From a virus (lineage: Duplodnaviria > Heunggongvirae > Uroviricota > Caudoviricetes), in the IMG/VR virus record IMGVR_UViG_2534681604_000008, positions 1 through 37,975 of that record: a DNA stretch of 37,975 nt, one strand, 5' to 3'. The position numbers and the translations under genes were made by a program. Shown one piece after another: positions 27,936 to 37,975 of the stretch. Each line of letters begins with the position of its first letter. Position 1 is the first letter of the stretch. The notes below the pieces were generated by a model, which made no database searches, had not been told where the DNA came from, and was given only the letters and a program-made list of their open reading frames with translations.

Positions 27936-28581
27936 CGAAAGCTTCAAGAATAAATTGCTTCCCATGAATGGGTATATGAAAGGCGGCAGCGACTCCGGAT
28001 CTAAAGCCCAGGCACGCGCAACTGAAAAGGGCATCGAACTGCAGCGTGAAATGTGGCAAACGAACATGCAGAACCTTGCACCGTTCACGCCACTCGCTAA
28101 GCAGTACGTATCACAGTTGCAGAATCTTTCCTCTCTTCAGGGGCAAGGTCAGGCGCTTAACCAGTATTACAACTCTCAGCAGTATAAAGACCTTGCAGGG
28201 CAGGCACGCTATCAGAGTCTGGCAGCAGCAGAGGCAACGGGTGGATTAGGCTCTACAGCAACAGGAAACCAGTTAGCAGCAATCGCACCTACACTCGGTC
28301 AAAACTGGCTGTCAGGTCAGATGAACAACTACAACAATCTGGCAAACATTGGCCTTGGTGCTCTTACAGGTCAGGCAAACGCTGGGCAGAACTACGCTAA
28401 CAACGTCAGCCAATTGTATCAACAGCAGGCGGCAGCATCTGCGGCTAATGCGAATAAACCATCAGGATTTCAGAGTGCCTTGGGTGGAGCGGCGGCAGGT
28501 GCAGCTGCAGGTACTGCAATCATGCCTGGTTGGGGGACAGCAATTGGTGCTGGCGTCGGTCTTCTTGGTTCACTTTTTTAA
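27922..28581 (+). CDS. Ejection protein (P22 gp7-like)
   Basis: 219 aa, Gln/Asn/Ala-rich with a C-terminal Gly/Ala hydrophobic tail; gene order. Confidence 0.6.
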   Translation: MLVLSESFKNKLLPMNGYMKGGSDSGSKAQARATEKGIELQREMWQTNMQNLAPFTPLAKQYVSQLQNLSSLQGQGQALNQYYNSQQYKDLAGQARYQSLAAAEATGGLGSTATGNQLAAIAPTLGQNWLSGQMNNYNNLANIGLGALTGQANAGQNYANNVSQLYQQQAAASAANANKPSGFQSALGGAAAGAAAGTAIMPGWGTAIGAGVGLLGSLF

Positions 28582-28593
28582 TGGAGGTGTCTC

Positions 28594-30006
28594 TTGGCTA
28601 CATGGCAACAGGCTGGTAATTCAGGCGCGCTTCTTGCCGGGTTAGGCGGCATGAACTCCAACGCTCCAAGAGCAAGTGATGCAGACGCCACGCTTGCATA
28701 CATTCGACAGAATAATGAGATGGAGCGTTCAGGACGTAATAACGTTGGCTTGCAGGCTTTGCAGGGTATTTCATCTGTCATGGATATGTATAAGCAGATG
28801 GATCAGCAGAAGCGGCAGCAAGAGTTTCAGCAGGCTTATGCTGATGCATATACATCTGGTGACCGCGATGCCATGCGAAAACTGGCATCACAGTATCCTG
28901 AGCAGTTTGACGCTGTAAGAAACGGCATGAAATTTGTCGATGAAGACCAGCGTTCCACTGTCGGTACACTGGCAGCAAGTGCCAGACTCGCAGCTTCATC
29001 TCCAGAAGCCATGATGTCATGGTTGCAGAACAACTCATCTGAGCTTACTCGTGCCGGAGTAGACCCTCTGGATGTGGCGAAAATGTATCAGCAAAATCCA
29101 CAAGGTTTCACAGAGTTTGTTGATCACCTTGGAATGGCTGCACTTGGTCCAGAACAATATTTTCAGGCACAAGACAGAATCGTTGGTCGTGAGATTGACC
29201 GCGGAAAACTTGCAGAGACAATCCGCAGCAATCAGGCTGGAGAAGCACTTCAGGCGAGAGGGCAAAACCTTTCCTATCAGTCAGCAATGACTGGGCACAA
29301 TATCGCAGCACAACGCTTGGCTCTGGATCAGCAAGAGTTCGGGTTTAAGATGCAGCAAGCACAGGAAAAGGCTCAGCAGTTGATTGGCGAAGCACCTAAG
29401 CTGTCAGTAAACATGGAAAAAGGCATTGAGACGGCTGTAAACAATGCCACAGCATCATCAAACTCAGCCAATTCTATGAGTGCGCTTGCTCAACAGTTCA
29501 GAGCAGAAAAACCAACGACAGGTTTGTTCGGTAACGCACAGAACATGTTCGCAAAACTTACCGGAAGCGATACGACATTGCGTGATTTGCGCATTCGCCA
29601 AAATGCCCTTGTTAACAGTCAGGTTCTTAAATTCCTACCTCCCGGCCCCGCAACGGATAAAGACGTTGAGATCGTTCGTCAGGGTGCACCAACTGACATG
29701 GATAACCCTGAGACGGTCGCAAGATGGCTTGATGCTATGGCAAACCTTGAGCGACGAAACGCGCAGTTTAATGAGTTTAAAGCCGAGTGGATGAGCGCGA
29801 ATGGCAACCCTGGACAATCGCGTAATGGCGGTCAGATATTGGGGTTGGATGTTAAAAAAGGTGAATCATTGGGAAGTGCTGTTAAACGGTATATGTCAAT
29901 GAATACTGACGCAGCGCCAGCACAAGATTCGACACCTTCAGGAGAACCACGGAATCAGGTTGGATCATATACCTCAAAATCAGGCATTCAATTTACGGTG
30001 GAATGA
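28594..30006 (+). CDS. Ejection protein (P22 gp20-like)
   Basis: 470 aa; size and position match P22 gp20. Confidence 0.6.
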   Translation: MATWQQAGNSGALLAGLGGMNSNAPRASDADATLAYIRQNNEMERSGRNNVGLQALQGISSVMDMYKQMDQQKRQQEFQQAYADAYTSGDRDAMRKLASQYPEQFDAVRNGMKFVDEDQRSTVGTLAASARLAASSPEAMMSWLQNNSSELTRAGVDPLDVAKMYQQNPQGFTEFVDHLGMAALGPEQYFQAQDRIVGREIDRGKLAETIRSNQAGEALQARGQNLSYQSAMTGHNIAAQRLALDQQEFGFKMQQAQEKAQQLIGEAPKLSVNMEKGIETAVNNATASSNSANSMSALAQQFRAEKPTTGLFGNAQNMFAKLTGSDTTLRDLRIRQNALVNSQVLKFLPPGPATDKDVEIVRQGAPTDMDNPETVARWLDAMANLERRNAQFNEFKAEWMSANGNPGQSRNGGQILGLDVKKGESLGSAVKRYMSMNTDAAPAQDSTPSGEPRNQVGSYTSKSGIQFTVE

Positions 30007-31850
30007 TGAAAGTAACTGCAAACGGTAAGACATTTACCTTTCCTGATGGTATGAGCACCGAAGATATTGGCACCGCCATTGATGAGTATTTTGCTGGTCA
30101 GGCTGTTCAGCAACAAACAGTTAATCAGGCCAATAATGCACCAACACGGGAAGAACCATCATTGATGCAACAAGCCGGCGATTGGCTCACTGGTGGTCAA
30201 AGTGCAGGGAAAATTGCAGAACAGGCTGGTCGTGGTCTGGTAAACATACCATTTGACGTATTGCAGGGCGGCGCAAGTCTGATTAATGCAATCAGTCAGG
30301 GGCTTGGTGGACCCAAGGTTTTGGATGATGTTTATCGTCCAGTAGACAGACCGACAGACCCATACGCACAAGCCGGTGAAACAATTGGTGGGTATTTAGT
30401 TCCAGGAGTTGGAACGGCAGGAAGCATGGCTATTGGATCGCTGGCAGAGGCTGCAAATCAGAAAGGCGATTTCGCACAAAATGCAGCTAAAAATGCCGGA
30501 GTTAACCTTGCCGCTCAGGGTGTTCTTTCCGCAGCAGCAAAGGGAATAGGGCGTGGAATAACGGCTATAAAAGGTGATATTGCGCCAGAAGTGGCGAAGA
30601 AAATTGCCACATCAGAATCGATGGGCGTGACACCAATGACATCTGATGTTATCCCGCCGAAAAATGCTTTCACTCGCGGCCTTACTCAGGATGCCGAGGG
30701 GGCTTTGCTCGGGACGGGCTCAAAGCGAGCAGAGCAATATGCAACGCGTAGTAAGCTGGTAAGCAATTATTTTGACCGTTTTGGTGAGTACAACCCTGAT
30801 GATGTGGTGAAATCTCTGACCACCACGTTAAGGGGGCGGAAGGATGCTGCTGGCGCTGTTATCAATGACGTCACCAATAAAATGGGTAATGCCGCAGTTG
30901 ATACTACAAATACCATGAATGCTCTGAATACAGCGATCGCAAGACAGGAACGGCTTGGGACTTCAGCCAATCAAAGCCTGCTTACATCCTTGCGTAACCT
31001 GCGTGAAGAATTAGCAAACCCTGCAACTGATTTGGATGTTACGTTTGATCTCTTGCGTCAGCACAGAACAGCATTTAGATCTAATGTTCAGGGAGATGCT
31101 ATGGTCTTCCCCAACCAGGCAAAAGCAGCTACCAATATGGTAGAGAATGCAATGTCAAAAGACCTTCGTAACGCAGTTGCAAAAAACCTCGGTGCGTCAG
31201 ACGCAGCAAAATACCTTAAAGCAAATTCCGATTATGCAAACGTTTATAATAAGGTGCTTAATAAAAACATTGCTAACAAGCTCAACAAGGCAAGCAGTGA
31301 AGCCAGTCCTGAACTTATAAATACTGTTGTATTAAGCAGAAAACCATCTGACGTGAAACGAATCTGGAGCGCATTGGATGATAAAGGGAAAGATGCTATG
31401 CGTGCAGCTTACGTCAGCAAAATAGCGGAAAAGGCCGGTGACTCTCCAGCCAAGTTCATCACTGAAGTTAATAAGCTGAAATCTCAGTCAGGTGGTGAAA
31501 TTTACAACACTATTTTTTCTGGAAAGCACATGAAAGAGCTTGATTCTCTTCATGAAGTTCTACAGAAAACAGCAAGGTCAGACACCGCAAATGTAGTAAC
31601 TCAGACGGGGCAATCGCAAGCCAACAGGATAAGGACGATTGGCGCAACTGCGACCCTTGGCGTATCAATGGGGCTTGAGGCTGGTTTTGGTGCAATGATG
31701 CGCTTGTATGAGTCCAAAGCAGCAAGGAATGCTCTCTTACGTCTGGCAAACACTAAAACTGGAACGCCAGCTTATGAAAGAGCGCTAAATAATGCTGCAA
31801 ATGCGATACGCCCTATACTTTCAAGTCAAATTACAGCAGAACAGCAATAA
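30003..31850 (+). CDS. Ejection protein (P22 gp16-like)
   Basis: 615 aa; size and position match P22 gp16. Confidence 0.6.
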   Translation: MMKVTANGKTFTFPDGMSTEDIGTAIDEYFAGQAVQQQTVNQANNAPTREEPSLMQQAGDWLTGGQSAGKIAEQAGRGLVNIPFDVLQGGASLINAISQGLGGPKVLDDVYRPVDRPTDPYAQAGETIGGYLVPGVGTAGSMAIGSLAEAANQKGDFAQNAAKNAGVNLAAQGVLSAAAKGIGRGITAIKGDIAPEVAKKIATSESMGVTPMTSDVIPPKNAFTRGLTQDAEGALLGTGSKRAEQYATRSKLVSNYFDRFGEYNPDDVVKSLTTTLRGRKDAAGAVINDVTNKMGNAAVDTTNTMNALNTAIARQERLGTSANQSLLTSLRNLREELANPATDLDVTFDLLRQHRTAFRSNVQGDAMVFPNQAKAATNMVENAMSKDLRNAVAKNLGASDAAKYLKANSDYANVYNKVLNKNIANKLNKASSEASPELINTVVLSRKPSDVKRIWSALDDKGKDAMRAAYVSKIAEKAGDSPAKFITEVNKLKSQSGGEIYNTIFSGKHMKELDSLHEVLQKTARSDTANVVTQTGQSQANRIRTIGATATLGVSMGLEAGFGAMMRLYESKAARNALLRLANTKTGTPAYERALNNAANAIRPILSSQITAEQQ

Positions 31851-31864
31851 AAGATAAGATATAA

Positions 31865-32350
31865 CTACCTGATATTACTGCTACTGTTGCATGTTACCGT
31901 GTTTCCAAATCCTGAATTGCAGTTTGTATATGTGTCAACGCGTGTTGGGTAAGGTTGAGTTATAACAGGCTGGCGCGCTTTTTGCTCGATCGCTTGCATT
32001 GTGTTTACAGCCTGATAATTCAATAAAGCCTGCTGGAATGCTTGGCTTTGTGCTATTTGTTGGGCTTGTTCTTGGCTTTGTAATTGAACATAAAGATTCT
32101 GAAGCTCAAGTCTTGCCTGTGCGTCACTTATCTTGCCTTCATCGACACCTTGCCCGAGCATCTTTGCAGCAAGGACATACAGCTTAGGTGTTGGTGCTGA
32201 TGCCATTCGTGAGTCGTTCTTCACACTGGCATCAAGGCAATTAGCCATATCGCTAAGCTTTTGATAGCGTTGTTCGCAACTTGCTTGATAGTCACTTACT
32301 TTTGCGCATCCAACCAGCAGAAGCGGGATAATTAACAGTGATTTTTTCAT
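31865..32350 (-). CDS. Lipoprotein at the sieA/immI position (candidate superinfection-exclusion factor)
   Basis: 161 aa from the internal ATG with AAGGAG RBS; signal peptide and lipobox MKKSLLIIPLLLVGC; Gln-rich coiled-coil middle; Cys-rich C-terminus; convergent with the late operon. Confidence 0.55.
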   Translation of the reverse strand: MKKSLLIIPLLLVGCAKVSDYQASCEQRYQKLSDMANCLDASVKNDSRMASAPTPKLYVLAAKMLGQGVDEGKISDAQARLELQNLYVQLQSQEQAQQIAQSQAFQQALLNYQAVNTMQAIEQKARQPVITQPYPTRVDTYTNCNSGFGNTVTCNSSSNIR

Positions 32351-32420
32351 ATGGTTAACTCTCCTTAGTTTTTCACAGGATATCATGAAGGCAATGCCAT
32401 TTTAGCCGGAAACTAGATTT

Positions 32421-32720
32421 CTATGTTTCCTTTTTATTATTGCTATACATGGTCTTAAGCGTATCAAAGACAATTTTCTTAACCATCTCAGATTGTTGTT
32501 CTGCCATACGCTCTGCATCGTCAATGTAAACTGATGCAGAGCTTTGTTTAGCCAATGATTCTTCAATCGCTGCAATTATCTCTGAGTTCAGCGACCTGTT
32601 ATTCATCTTCGCGCGCTGTTTAATTTTCGCGTGGAGTTCATGCGGAAGTCTCAAGTGAAACTGCGCCTCGTCGTATTTGCTGTACATCCTTGATGCCTCA
32701 CCAGTTGGGTGGAATGGCAT
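32421..32720 (-). CDS. mnt: Mnt/Arc-family ribbon-helix-helix repressor
   Basis: ...FHLRLPHELHAKIKQRAKMNNRSLNSEIIAAIEESL... and the C-terminus AERMAEQQSEMVKKIVFDTLK closely resemble P22 Mnt (recalled); start may be the internal Met at about 32687. Confidence 0.7.
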   Translation of the reverse strand: MPFHPTGEASRMYSKYDEAQFHLRLPHELHAKIKQRAKMNNRSLNSEIIAAIEESLAKQSSASVYIDDAERMAEQQSEMVKKIVFDTLKTMYSNNKKET

Positions 32721-32808
32721 CGTAACCTACTGGATAAATACTCAATAGTACCATTTCGGTATGCAATCACATCATGGTTGCATCATATCATTCGTCTGGA
32801 GCAATGAA

Positions 32809-35013
32809 ATGTCAGATATCACCGCAAATGTTGTGGTAAGCATGCCTTCGCAACTCTTCACTATGGCGCGTTCTTTTAAAGCCGTAGCCAATGGCAAAAT
32901 TTATATCGGGAAAATTGACACTGATCCGGTAAATCCTGAAAACCGGATTCAGGTTTATGTAGAGAACGAAGACGGCTCTCGCGTTCCTGTTTCGCAACCA
33001 ATCATCATTAACGCCGCTGGTTACCCTGTATATAACGGACAGATTGCCAAGTTCGTAACTGTGCAAGGCCATTCTATGGCTGTGTACGATGCGTATGGTT
33101 CTCAGCAGTTCTATTTTCCTAATGTGCTGAAGTATGACCCGGATCAGTTTCGCCAGCTTGTTGAAGGTAGCAATGGTGCTTATTATATTGGATATAATAA
33201 TACAAACGTTGGCGTATATCTAAATTCTTACGGAGTGGTAGTTACTCCTGGAGATGACCTGAAGGCCGCTCTGGAAAGTGCCAACAATGGTGATACGGTT
33301 ATCGTTTCGGGGGATGTGACACTAACTCAGCCTGTTGTCATTAGCAAAGCGGTTAACATTAAAAGAGTAAACGCCGGCCGTATACTATGGTCTGGAACAG
33401 GCGCGGCAATCAGATATATTCTTGCAGTTAAAAATACTATTACCACCCCAACACAATTCTTACGTAGTCAAAATACAGCAACATTACCAGAGGGTCACGG
33501 TGTGGTCGTGGGGGATATGCTGGAACTCCATTCTACACAAGTCAGATACGCCGACGTCGATGGAGATTACACTTTCGGACAGTTTATTTACGTCGAAAAA
33601 GTGGATGGCAACACGATCACATTCCAGCCAAGTATGACTACCGGATTTACAACCTCAGAGATTATTGTATCGAACTCGTTAGAAGGCATGCAATTCGATG
33701 TAGAGATTATCAATATCAAACCGGCAACAGGCTCTGCTAACGGCATCCTTCTTGATATTCATGGCGCTCGCAATCTTACAGGGAAATTTCGCATTATTGG
33801 GAATGGTGATGAAAACTATGGCTTGGCCTTACAAGGCTATCACTGCAAACTTGATGTTGATGTGTGGAACATCAAATCTGGAAATTTCTCAGTTCCTGGT
33901 TACGGATTTAACTGTGTAGGCGATAGTATATATGTCAATCTGTCAGGTGGTAATTGCCGTCATGTGGGTGAGATTCCCGCAAGGAATGTGGTAAGTAATG
34001 ATATTCATTTCCACTGTAATATCACTAAGACGTTGGGCACTCCGTTATATATTTATAACGTAGGCTGGCACTCAAATGTAATTTATGCAAAGTTAACTGG
34101 TACTATTTCCGGTTCTGGCATGCTTGTTGCTGTGCGCTCTGGCTCCGGGGAAGTTAGTATGGAGTTCAACGGCGCTGACGACGGTTATGACTATGCCGAT
34201 ATCGTTGTAGGAGATATCTACCCAACATCTTTAAAGATCACCAAATGCAACTCTGGTGGCGTGAACGCACGTCGCTCTTTCATCCAGTGGAACGTCAAGG
34301 GACAGGGATCAAACTCAGGTGGATTGATTTTAGATAATAACACCTTCGTCGGGCCAAAGCGCATGATGCGCTTGTACGATGACTCTGGGGCAACGAGCAA
34401 GGCATTCCGAGTATACGCTTCCAATAACAAGGGTTCAGTAGTGGCTATCCACAACCGCGACCTTCTCAACGCCAACGTATACATCGAGCTGTCTAACAAC
34501 ACGTTGACATCATATGGCCTGGCTACATTCGCTGATTACATGGCCGGTGTTGATACAAACGGATGTAAAACATATGAAGTAAGGTCTACTAACAATAACA
34601 TTGACGATTCGGTAACAGCGGGTGTCTTTTCCTTCGATGGTTATATGGATGCGATAGTATTTAGTAGCCATGGAGACAAGAATTCAAACAGACCATTCAT
34701 AAAGCTTACGCCTACATATCTCGGCCGAGTTGATAGGTTTGATATTAACGGGCTTAATACTAATGGACGAATGACACTTACACCAACGGCGGCAACTGTG
34801 TATAACGATATAGGGCAGATTAGATTTTGTCGTATCGGCTTTGACTCTAATCAACCAATAGTAGTCGGCTTGTCTTGGCCTATCGTCTACACTGGAAATT
34901 CTTTCAAAACTACACTTGATGCCACACTTGTTAGTACAAAGCGACCTCAAGCTGGTAATGTCAACCTTTCAGGGAAAGCATTAAACTGGAATGGTACAAA
35001 TATTGCCATTTGA
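32809..35013 (+). CDS. Tailspike: P22-type N-terminal head-binding domain fused to a divergent receptor-binding domain
   Basis: N-terminus [56 protein letters not shown]... matches the P22 gp9 head-binding domain (recalled); the remaining ~600 aa are Gly/Asn/Thr/Val-rich, beta-helix-like, and unlike P22. GGAG RBS. 734 aa. Confidence 0.85.
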   Translation: MSDITANVVVSMPSQLFTMARSFKAVANGKIYIGKIDTDPVNPENRIQVYVENEDGSRVPVSQPIIINAAGYPVYNGQIAKFVTVQGHSMAVYDAYGSQQFYFPNVLKYDPDQFRQLVEGSNGAYYIGYNNTNVGVYLNSYGVVVTPGDDLKAALESANNGDTVIVSGDVTLTQPVVISKAVNIKRVNAGRILWSGTGAAIRYILAVKNTITTPTQFLRSQNTATLPEGHGVVVGDMLELHSTQVRYADVDGDYTFGQFIYVEKVDGNTITFQPSMTTGFTTSEIIVSNSLEGMQFDVEIINIKPATGSANGILLDIHGARNLTGKFRIIGNGDENYGLALQGYHCKLDVDVWNIKSGNFSVPGYGFNCVGDSIYVNLSGGNCRHVGEIPARNVVSNDIHFHCNITKTLGTPLYIYNVGWHSNVIYAKLTGTISGSGMLVAVRSGSGEVSMEFNGADDGYDYADIVVGDIYPTSLKITKCNSGGVNARRSFIQWNVKGQGSNSGGLILDNNTFVGPKRMMRLYDDSGATSKAFRVYASNNKGSVVAIHNRDLLNANVYIELSNNTLTSYGLATFADYMAGVDTNGCKTYEVRSTNNNIDDSVTAGVFSFDGYMDAIVFSSHGDKNSNRPFIKLTPTYLGRVDRFDINGLNTNGRMTLTPTAATVYNDIGQIRFCRIGFDSNQPIVVGLSWPIVYTGNSFKTTLDATLVSTKRPQAGNVNLSGKALNWNGTNIAI

Positions 35014-35017
35014 ATAT

Positions 35018-35045
35018 TTAGGCGGCCTTTGCCGCCTTTTTTTAT
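35018..35045 (+). terminator. Intrinsic terminator between convergent tailspike and gtrC
   Basis: AGGCGGC-CTTT-GCCGCCT stem-loop followed by TTTTTTTATTT. Confidence 0.55.
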
Positions 35046-36700
35046 TTATAATGGGAGTATAATTCTTGATAGAATACTTCTTTTGCGATTTTATGGTTGT
35101 TTTCTGTTTTATCACCTGTAACAGATAATGCGTAATAATCACCAACCTTTTCAATCATGTATTTATTCGAGATGTTCTTGATAGCATGATCTAAAGTCCA
35201 TTTATCTTTGAATAAATACAAAGTTGAAGTATCATAAGCACCATTGTATAAATTAAAGAAGATGGATTTTTGTTGTTGTATCTTTGCATTCAAGCTGAAT
35301 CTTGCCATATAACCAAAATTCATTGATGCTTTATTTTTTGAAGCTATATAACCTATGTTTGACCAATCAAAATAAAAATCAATAGGCATCACAACCTGTA
35401 TTTTATCTTTGTTAGACATCAACGCATTAATATTGGTGTTATCCAAGCCCTTTGATATGTCTGTTATTTCTGAATATCTTTCATGTACTTTTGTAATCAT
35501 TCCATGAATATCATAAAGTTGCACGGCACAAGAAATTGCAACTATGGACAAGCAAAGCGCACGATTAAGATAGTGTCTAATGTAAATAATAAAAAAAGCC
35601 AAAGAAGCATAAATAAAGACCCAAATAAATCTACCTGAAGATCTAAAGATATTTACTGCTTTAGATACAACGCTCGGTAAATTAATGCTGAGAACATTAT
35701 TCCCATTAAAAGAGATGTTGTTTGAAATAGCGAATAGCAAAATCAAGAGACACATAACAAATCCTGGTATGCACCCCTTTCCAAAGCCTCTGTATATTGA
35801 AAAGCAGGCCACACCAACTAATAATACAATGACAACACCTGTGCCGAGATACGCAAAACCCTCATAGTCCAGTTTTTGGTGTGGCAAAGGATTTGTAAAG
35901 TTTGACACCCATGAATACATGGGGTTTATGAAAGCATTAAGATCCATGTGATACAATCCGAAACCACTACCATCAGCTCCATCGGCAATCACAAAATATC
36001 CAAGCGCATACATTGTTCCAGCCAGTGCAAGCATGGCAACAATAAATAATGAGGCCGCGCTGGCTATTGTTTTTTCTTTTTTTATTATCGACGTAGCAAG
36101 ATAAGCAACAAAAACAGAAAGTATCATTCCTGTGATGTAGAAGTGAATGGCAGAACTTATCGCTATCAGTAGCACCCACCTTTTATTGGAATTCTTCATA
36201 CTATAAAGAATGAAAGAGGCAATAATAAGAAAGTGTGCCGACAAAGCAAAGTGGCCCATCATTCTGAAAAGCATAATGGGAGCCAAGCAGAACAGCGCGG
36301 AGGCCACTAAAGAGTAAGGCTTATCATGCGTATTTCTATTTATTAGGTCATATGAAAATACGCCTTGCAGAATACAGCACAGTAATATCCATATACCTGT
36401 GTATTGGAATGTATCTGGAAGAGCGAAAGATACAAATTTGAAAATAATTGCCAGTAAGGGTATGGAGTCAGTAAATACTATTGAGCTACTAACCTCCATT
36501 CCATATGGTTCATTTAAACCAAGCGGCCACTGCAGTATCGGAGTGTTTCTAAAAAAATTCCATCCAAGCCAATGTTGCGCAGCATCTCCACTGCCAAACC
36601 ACTGAATGTTTGTTACATTCAAAATATTCATGCCGCCGCAAGCTATGAATATAAGAAAACCAATCAGTCCAGCTGCGATACGGTAATAGTTATTTTTCAT
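35042..36700 (-). CDS. gtrC: Serotype-specific O-antigen glucosyltransferase (GtrC-type polytopic membrane protein)
   Basis: 552 aa with many hydrophobic helices, visibly AT-rich, third gene of a gtrA-gtrB-gtr(type) operon. Confidence 0.7.
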   Translation of the reverse strand: MKNNYYRIAAGLIGFLIFIACGGMNILNVTNIQWFGSGDAAQHWLGWNFFRNTPILQWPLGLNEPYGMEVSSSIVFTDSIPLLAIIFKFVSFALPDTFQYTGIWILLCCILQGVFSYDLINRNTHDKPYSLVASALFCLAPIMLFRMMGHFALSAHFLIIASFILYSMKNSNKRWVLLIAISSAIHFYITGMILSVFVAYLATSIIKKEKTIASAASLFIVAMLALAGTMYALGYFVIADGADGSGFGLYHMDLNAFINPMYSWVSNFTNPLPHQKLDYEGFAYLGTGVVIVLLVGVACFSIYRGFGKGCIPGFVMCLLILLFAISNNISFNGNNVLSINLPSVVSKAVNIFRSSGRFIWVFIYASLAFFIIYIRHYLNRALCLSIVAISCAVQLYDIHGMITKVHERYSEITDISKGLDNTNINALMSNKDKIQVVMPIDFYFDWSNIGYIASKNKASMNFGYMARFSLNAKIQQQKSIFFNLYNGAYDTSTLYLFKDKWTLDHAIKNISNKYMIEKVGDYYALSVTGDKTENNHKIAKEVFYQELYSHYK

Positions 36701-37616
36701 TTTTGTTACCCTTTAACAGGTAGCGAGGCCGACCTTTGCTTTCGATGTAAATCCTTCCGATATACTCACCGAGCACACCAATACCGATAAGTTGCACGCC
36801 TCCAAGGAAGAGGATGGATACAATTAAAGAAGGATATCCTCGAACAGCGTTACCAAACGCCAGCGTGTCTACAATCATCCATGCTCCGTAGATGAATGCG
36901 AGGCCTGCAACAACAAGCCCGATATAGGTCCACATGCGCAGCGGTAAGGTAGAGAAGCTGGTGATACCCTCAAGAGCAAGGTTCCATAACTTCCAACCAT
37001 TAAATTTTGTACTGCCTGCAACGCGTTCAGCGCGGGCATATTCAACAACATCCGTGCGACCACCAACCCAACTCAGAACCCCCTTCATGAAGAGGTTTCT
37101 CTCTGGCATGAGCTTAATGTTTTCCACCACCTCGCGAGACATCAAACGGAAGTCGCCAACGTTTTCCTCGATCTGCGGGTTGCTGATTTTGTTGTGCAGC
37201 TTATAGAACCACTCTGCAGTCTTACGCTTCAGCCTTCCATCGGTGGAGCGGTCAGAGCGCTTGGCCAGTACCATATCAGCACCTGCCTGCCACTTTTCAA
37301 TAAGATGAGGAATAACCTCAATCGGGTCTTGCAGGTCAACATCAATTGGGATTATCGCATCCCCGGTTGCATGGTCTAACCCTGCAAACAATGCGGGTTC
37401 TTTACCAAAGTTTCGTGTAAATGACAGCGGAACCACTAGAGGATCTGAAACAGCCAGAGCATTAATAATTGACTCCGTAGCGTCTTTGCTACCGTCATTT
37501 ATGAAAACAATTTCCACTTCATATGGCTTCAACTCTTCGAATTCTCGTACCGTTTTATAAAAAATTGGTATCGCTTCTTCTTCATTGAAGACAGGAACTA
37601 CAAGAGATATCTTCAT
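36690..37616 (-). CDS. gtrB: Bactoprenol glucosyltransferase GtrB (GT2 family)
   Basis: 308 aa; GT2 motifs ([23 protein letters not shown]) and two C-terminal TM helices. Confidence 0.9.
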   Translation of the reverse strand: MKISLVVPVFNEEEAIPIFYKTVREFEELKPYEVEIVFINDGSKDATESIINALAVSDPLVVPLSFTRNFGKEPALFAGLDHATGDAIIPIDVDLQDPIEVIPHLIEKWQAGADMVLAKRSDRSTDGRLKRKTAEWFYKLHNKISNPQIEENVGDFRLMSREVVENIKLMPERNLFMKGVLSWVGGRTDVVEYARAERVAGSTKFNGWKLWNLALEGITSFSTLPLRMWTYIGLVVAGLAFIYGAWMIVDTLAFGNAVRGYPSLIVSILFLGGVQLIGIGVLGEYIGRIYIESKGRPRYLLKGNKNEK

Positions 37617-37975
37617 TTCGCATCCCTAAAGACAATGAACTTTGAATAGACGAAACCGCACACCAGGCTGATGGCGGAGAAGATGACAAGAGTGACAATT
37701 GGAGGAAGTGAACATCTATCAGCAGCCCATCCAACAGTTGCACTCAGTGTTCCCATGAACCCGACATATAACATGTAGCGCATCGTTGTAGTTGATGCTT
37801 TGAATGTGAATTTTGCATTCGCGAAGAAGCTAAAACTCACAGCCACAACAAAACCTGCGAAGTTTGCCAGAGCCTGATTGGTATGCGCGGCATAGATACA
37901 AACACCAAAAACCACCCAGTGTATAAGGGTGTTCAGCACACCAATAGAGGTGTACTTTGCAAATAGCTTTAACAT
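37613..37975 (-). CDS. gtrA: GtrA flippase subunit
   Basis: 120 aa, four hydrophobic helices, GtrA-like; start codon at the window edge. Confidence 0.8.
   Translation of the reverse strand: MLKLFAKYTSIGVLNTLIHWVVFGVCIYAAHTNQALANFAGFVVAVSFSFFANAKFTFKASTTTMRYMLYVGFMGTLSATVGWAADRCSLPPIVTLVIFSAISLVCGFVYSKFIVFRDAK

Larger units (their letters stand above)
1..37975. mobile_element. Lambdoid prophage interior (lambda-like regulation and lysis, P22/Sf6-like morphogenesis, gtrABC conversion cassette); integrase and att sites outside the window
   Basis: Uninterrupted phage gene order across the window: xis, early-left operon, N, cI, cro, cII, replication, nin, Q, lysis, terminase, portal, coat, tail, tailspike, gtr. 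No host housekeeping genes seen. Confidence 0.9.

Noticed and set aside
1-37975. CRISPR arrays, tRNA or rRNA genes, insertion sequences
   Set aside because: No regular short direct-repeat arrays, tRNA-like cloverleaf regions, or transposase ORFs with terminal inverted repeats were seen on reading the sequence.

Overview
The whole window is the interior of a mosaic lambdoid prophage; the integrase and att sites lie outside it. From left to right: xis and a leftward early operon (Ea22-like, RecT, Gp157-like, Kil-like, CIII-like, Ral, lambda-type N with nutL and pL/OL); an immunity region (LexA-like CI repressor with a small membrane protein co-transcribed downstream, OR/PR, Cro, nutR, CII); a replication module (O-like initiator with internal iterons, fused primase-helicase); a nin region (NinB, Dam methylase, NinE/F/G/H, NinI phosphatase); Q, pR'/tR', and the S/R/Rz/Rz1 lysis cassette; a T5orf172-domain moron; a P22/Sf6-like packaging, head and tail module (terminase, portal, scaffold, coat, gp4/10/26/14/7/20/16 analogues); a leftward Mnt-like repressor plus lipoprotein; a tailspike; and a leftward AT-rich gtrA-gtrB-gtrC O-antigen glucosylation cassette. 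No rRNA, tRNA, CRISPR array or IS element was seen. All protein identities come from reading the translations and from recalled family signatures, not from a database search. The best candidates for an undescribed function are three cargo genes at classic prophage defence positions: the membrane protein downstream of cI, the T5orf172 protein between lysis and packaging, and the lipoprotein/Mnt pair between the ejection proteins and the tailspike. Coordinates of features not on the ORF track were counted by hand and may be off by a few bases.
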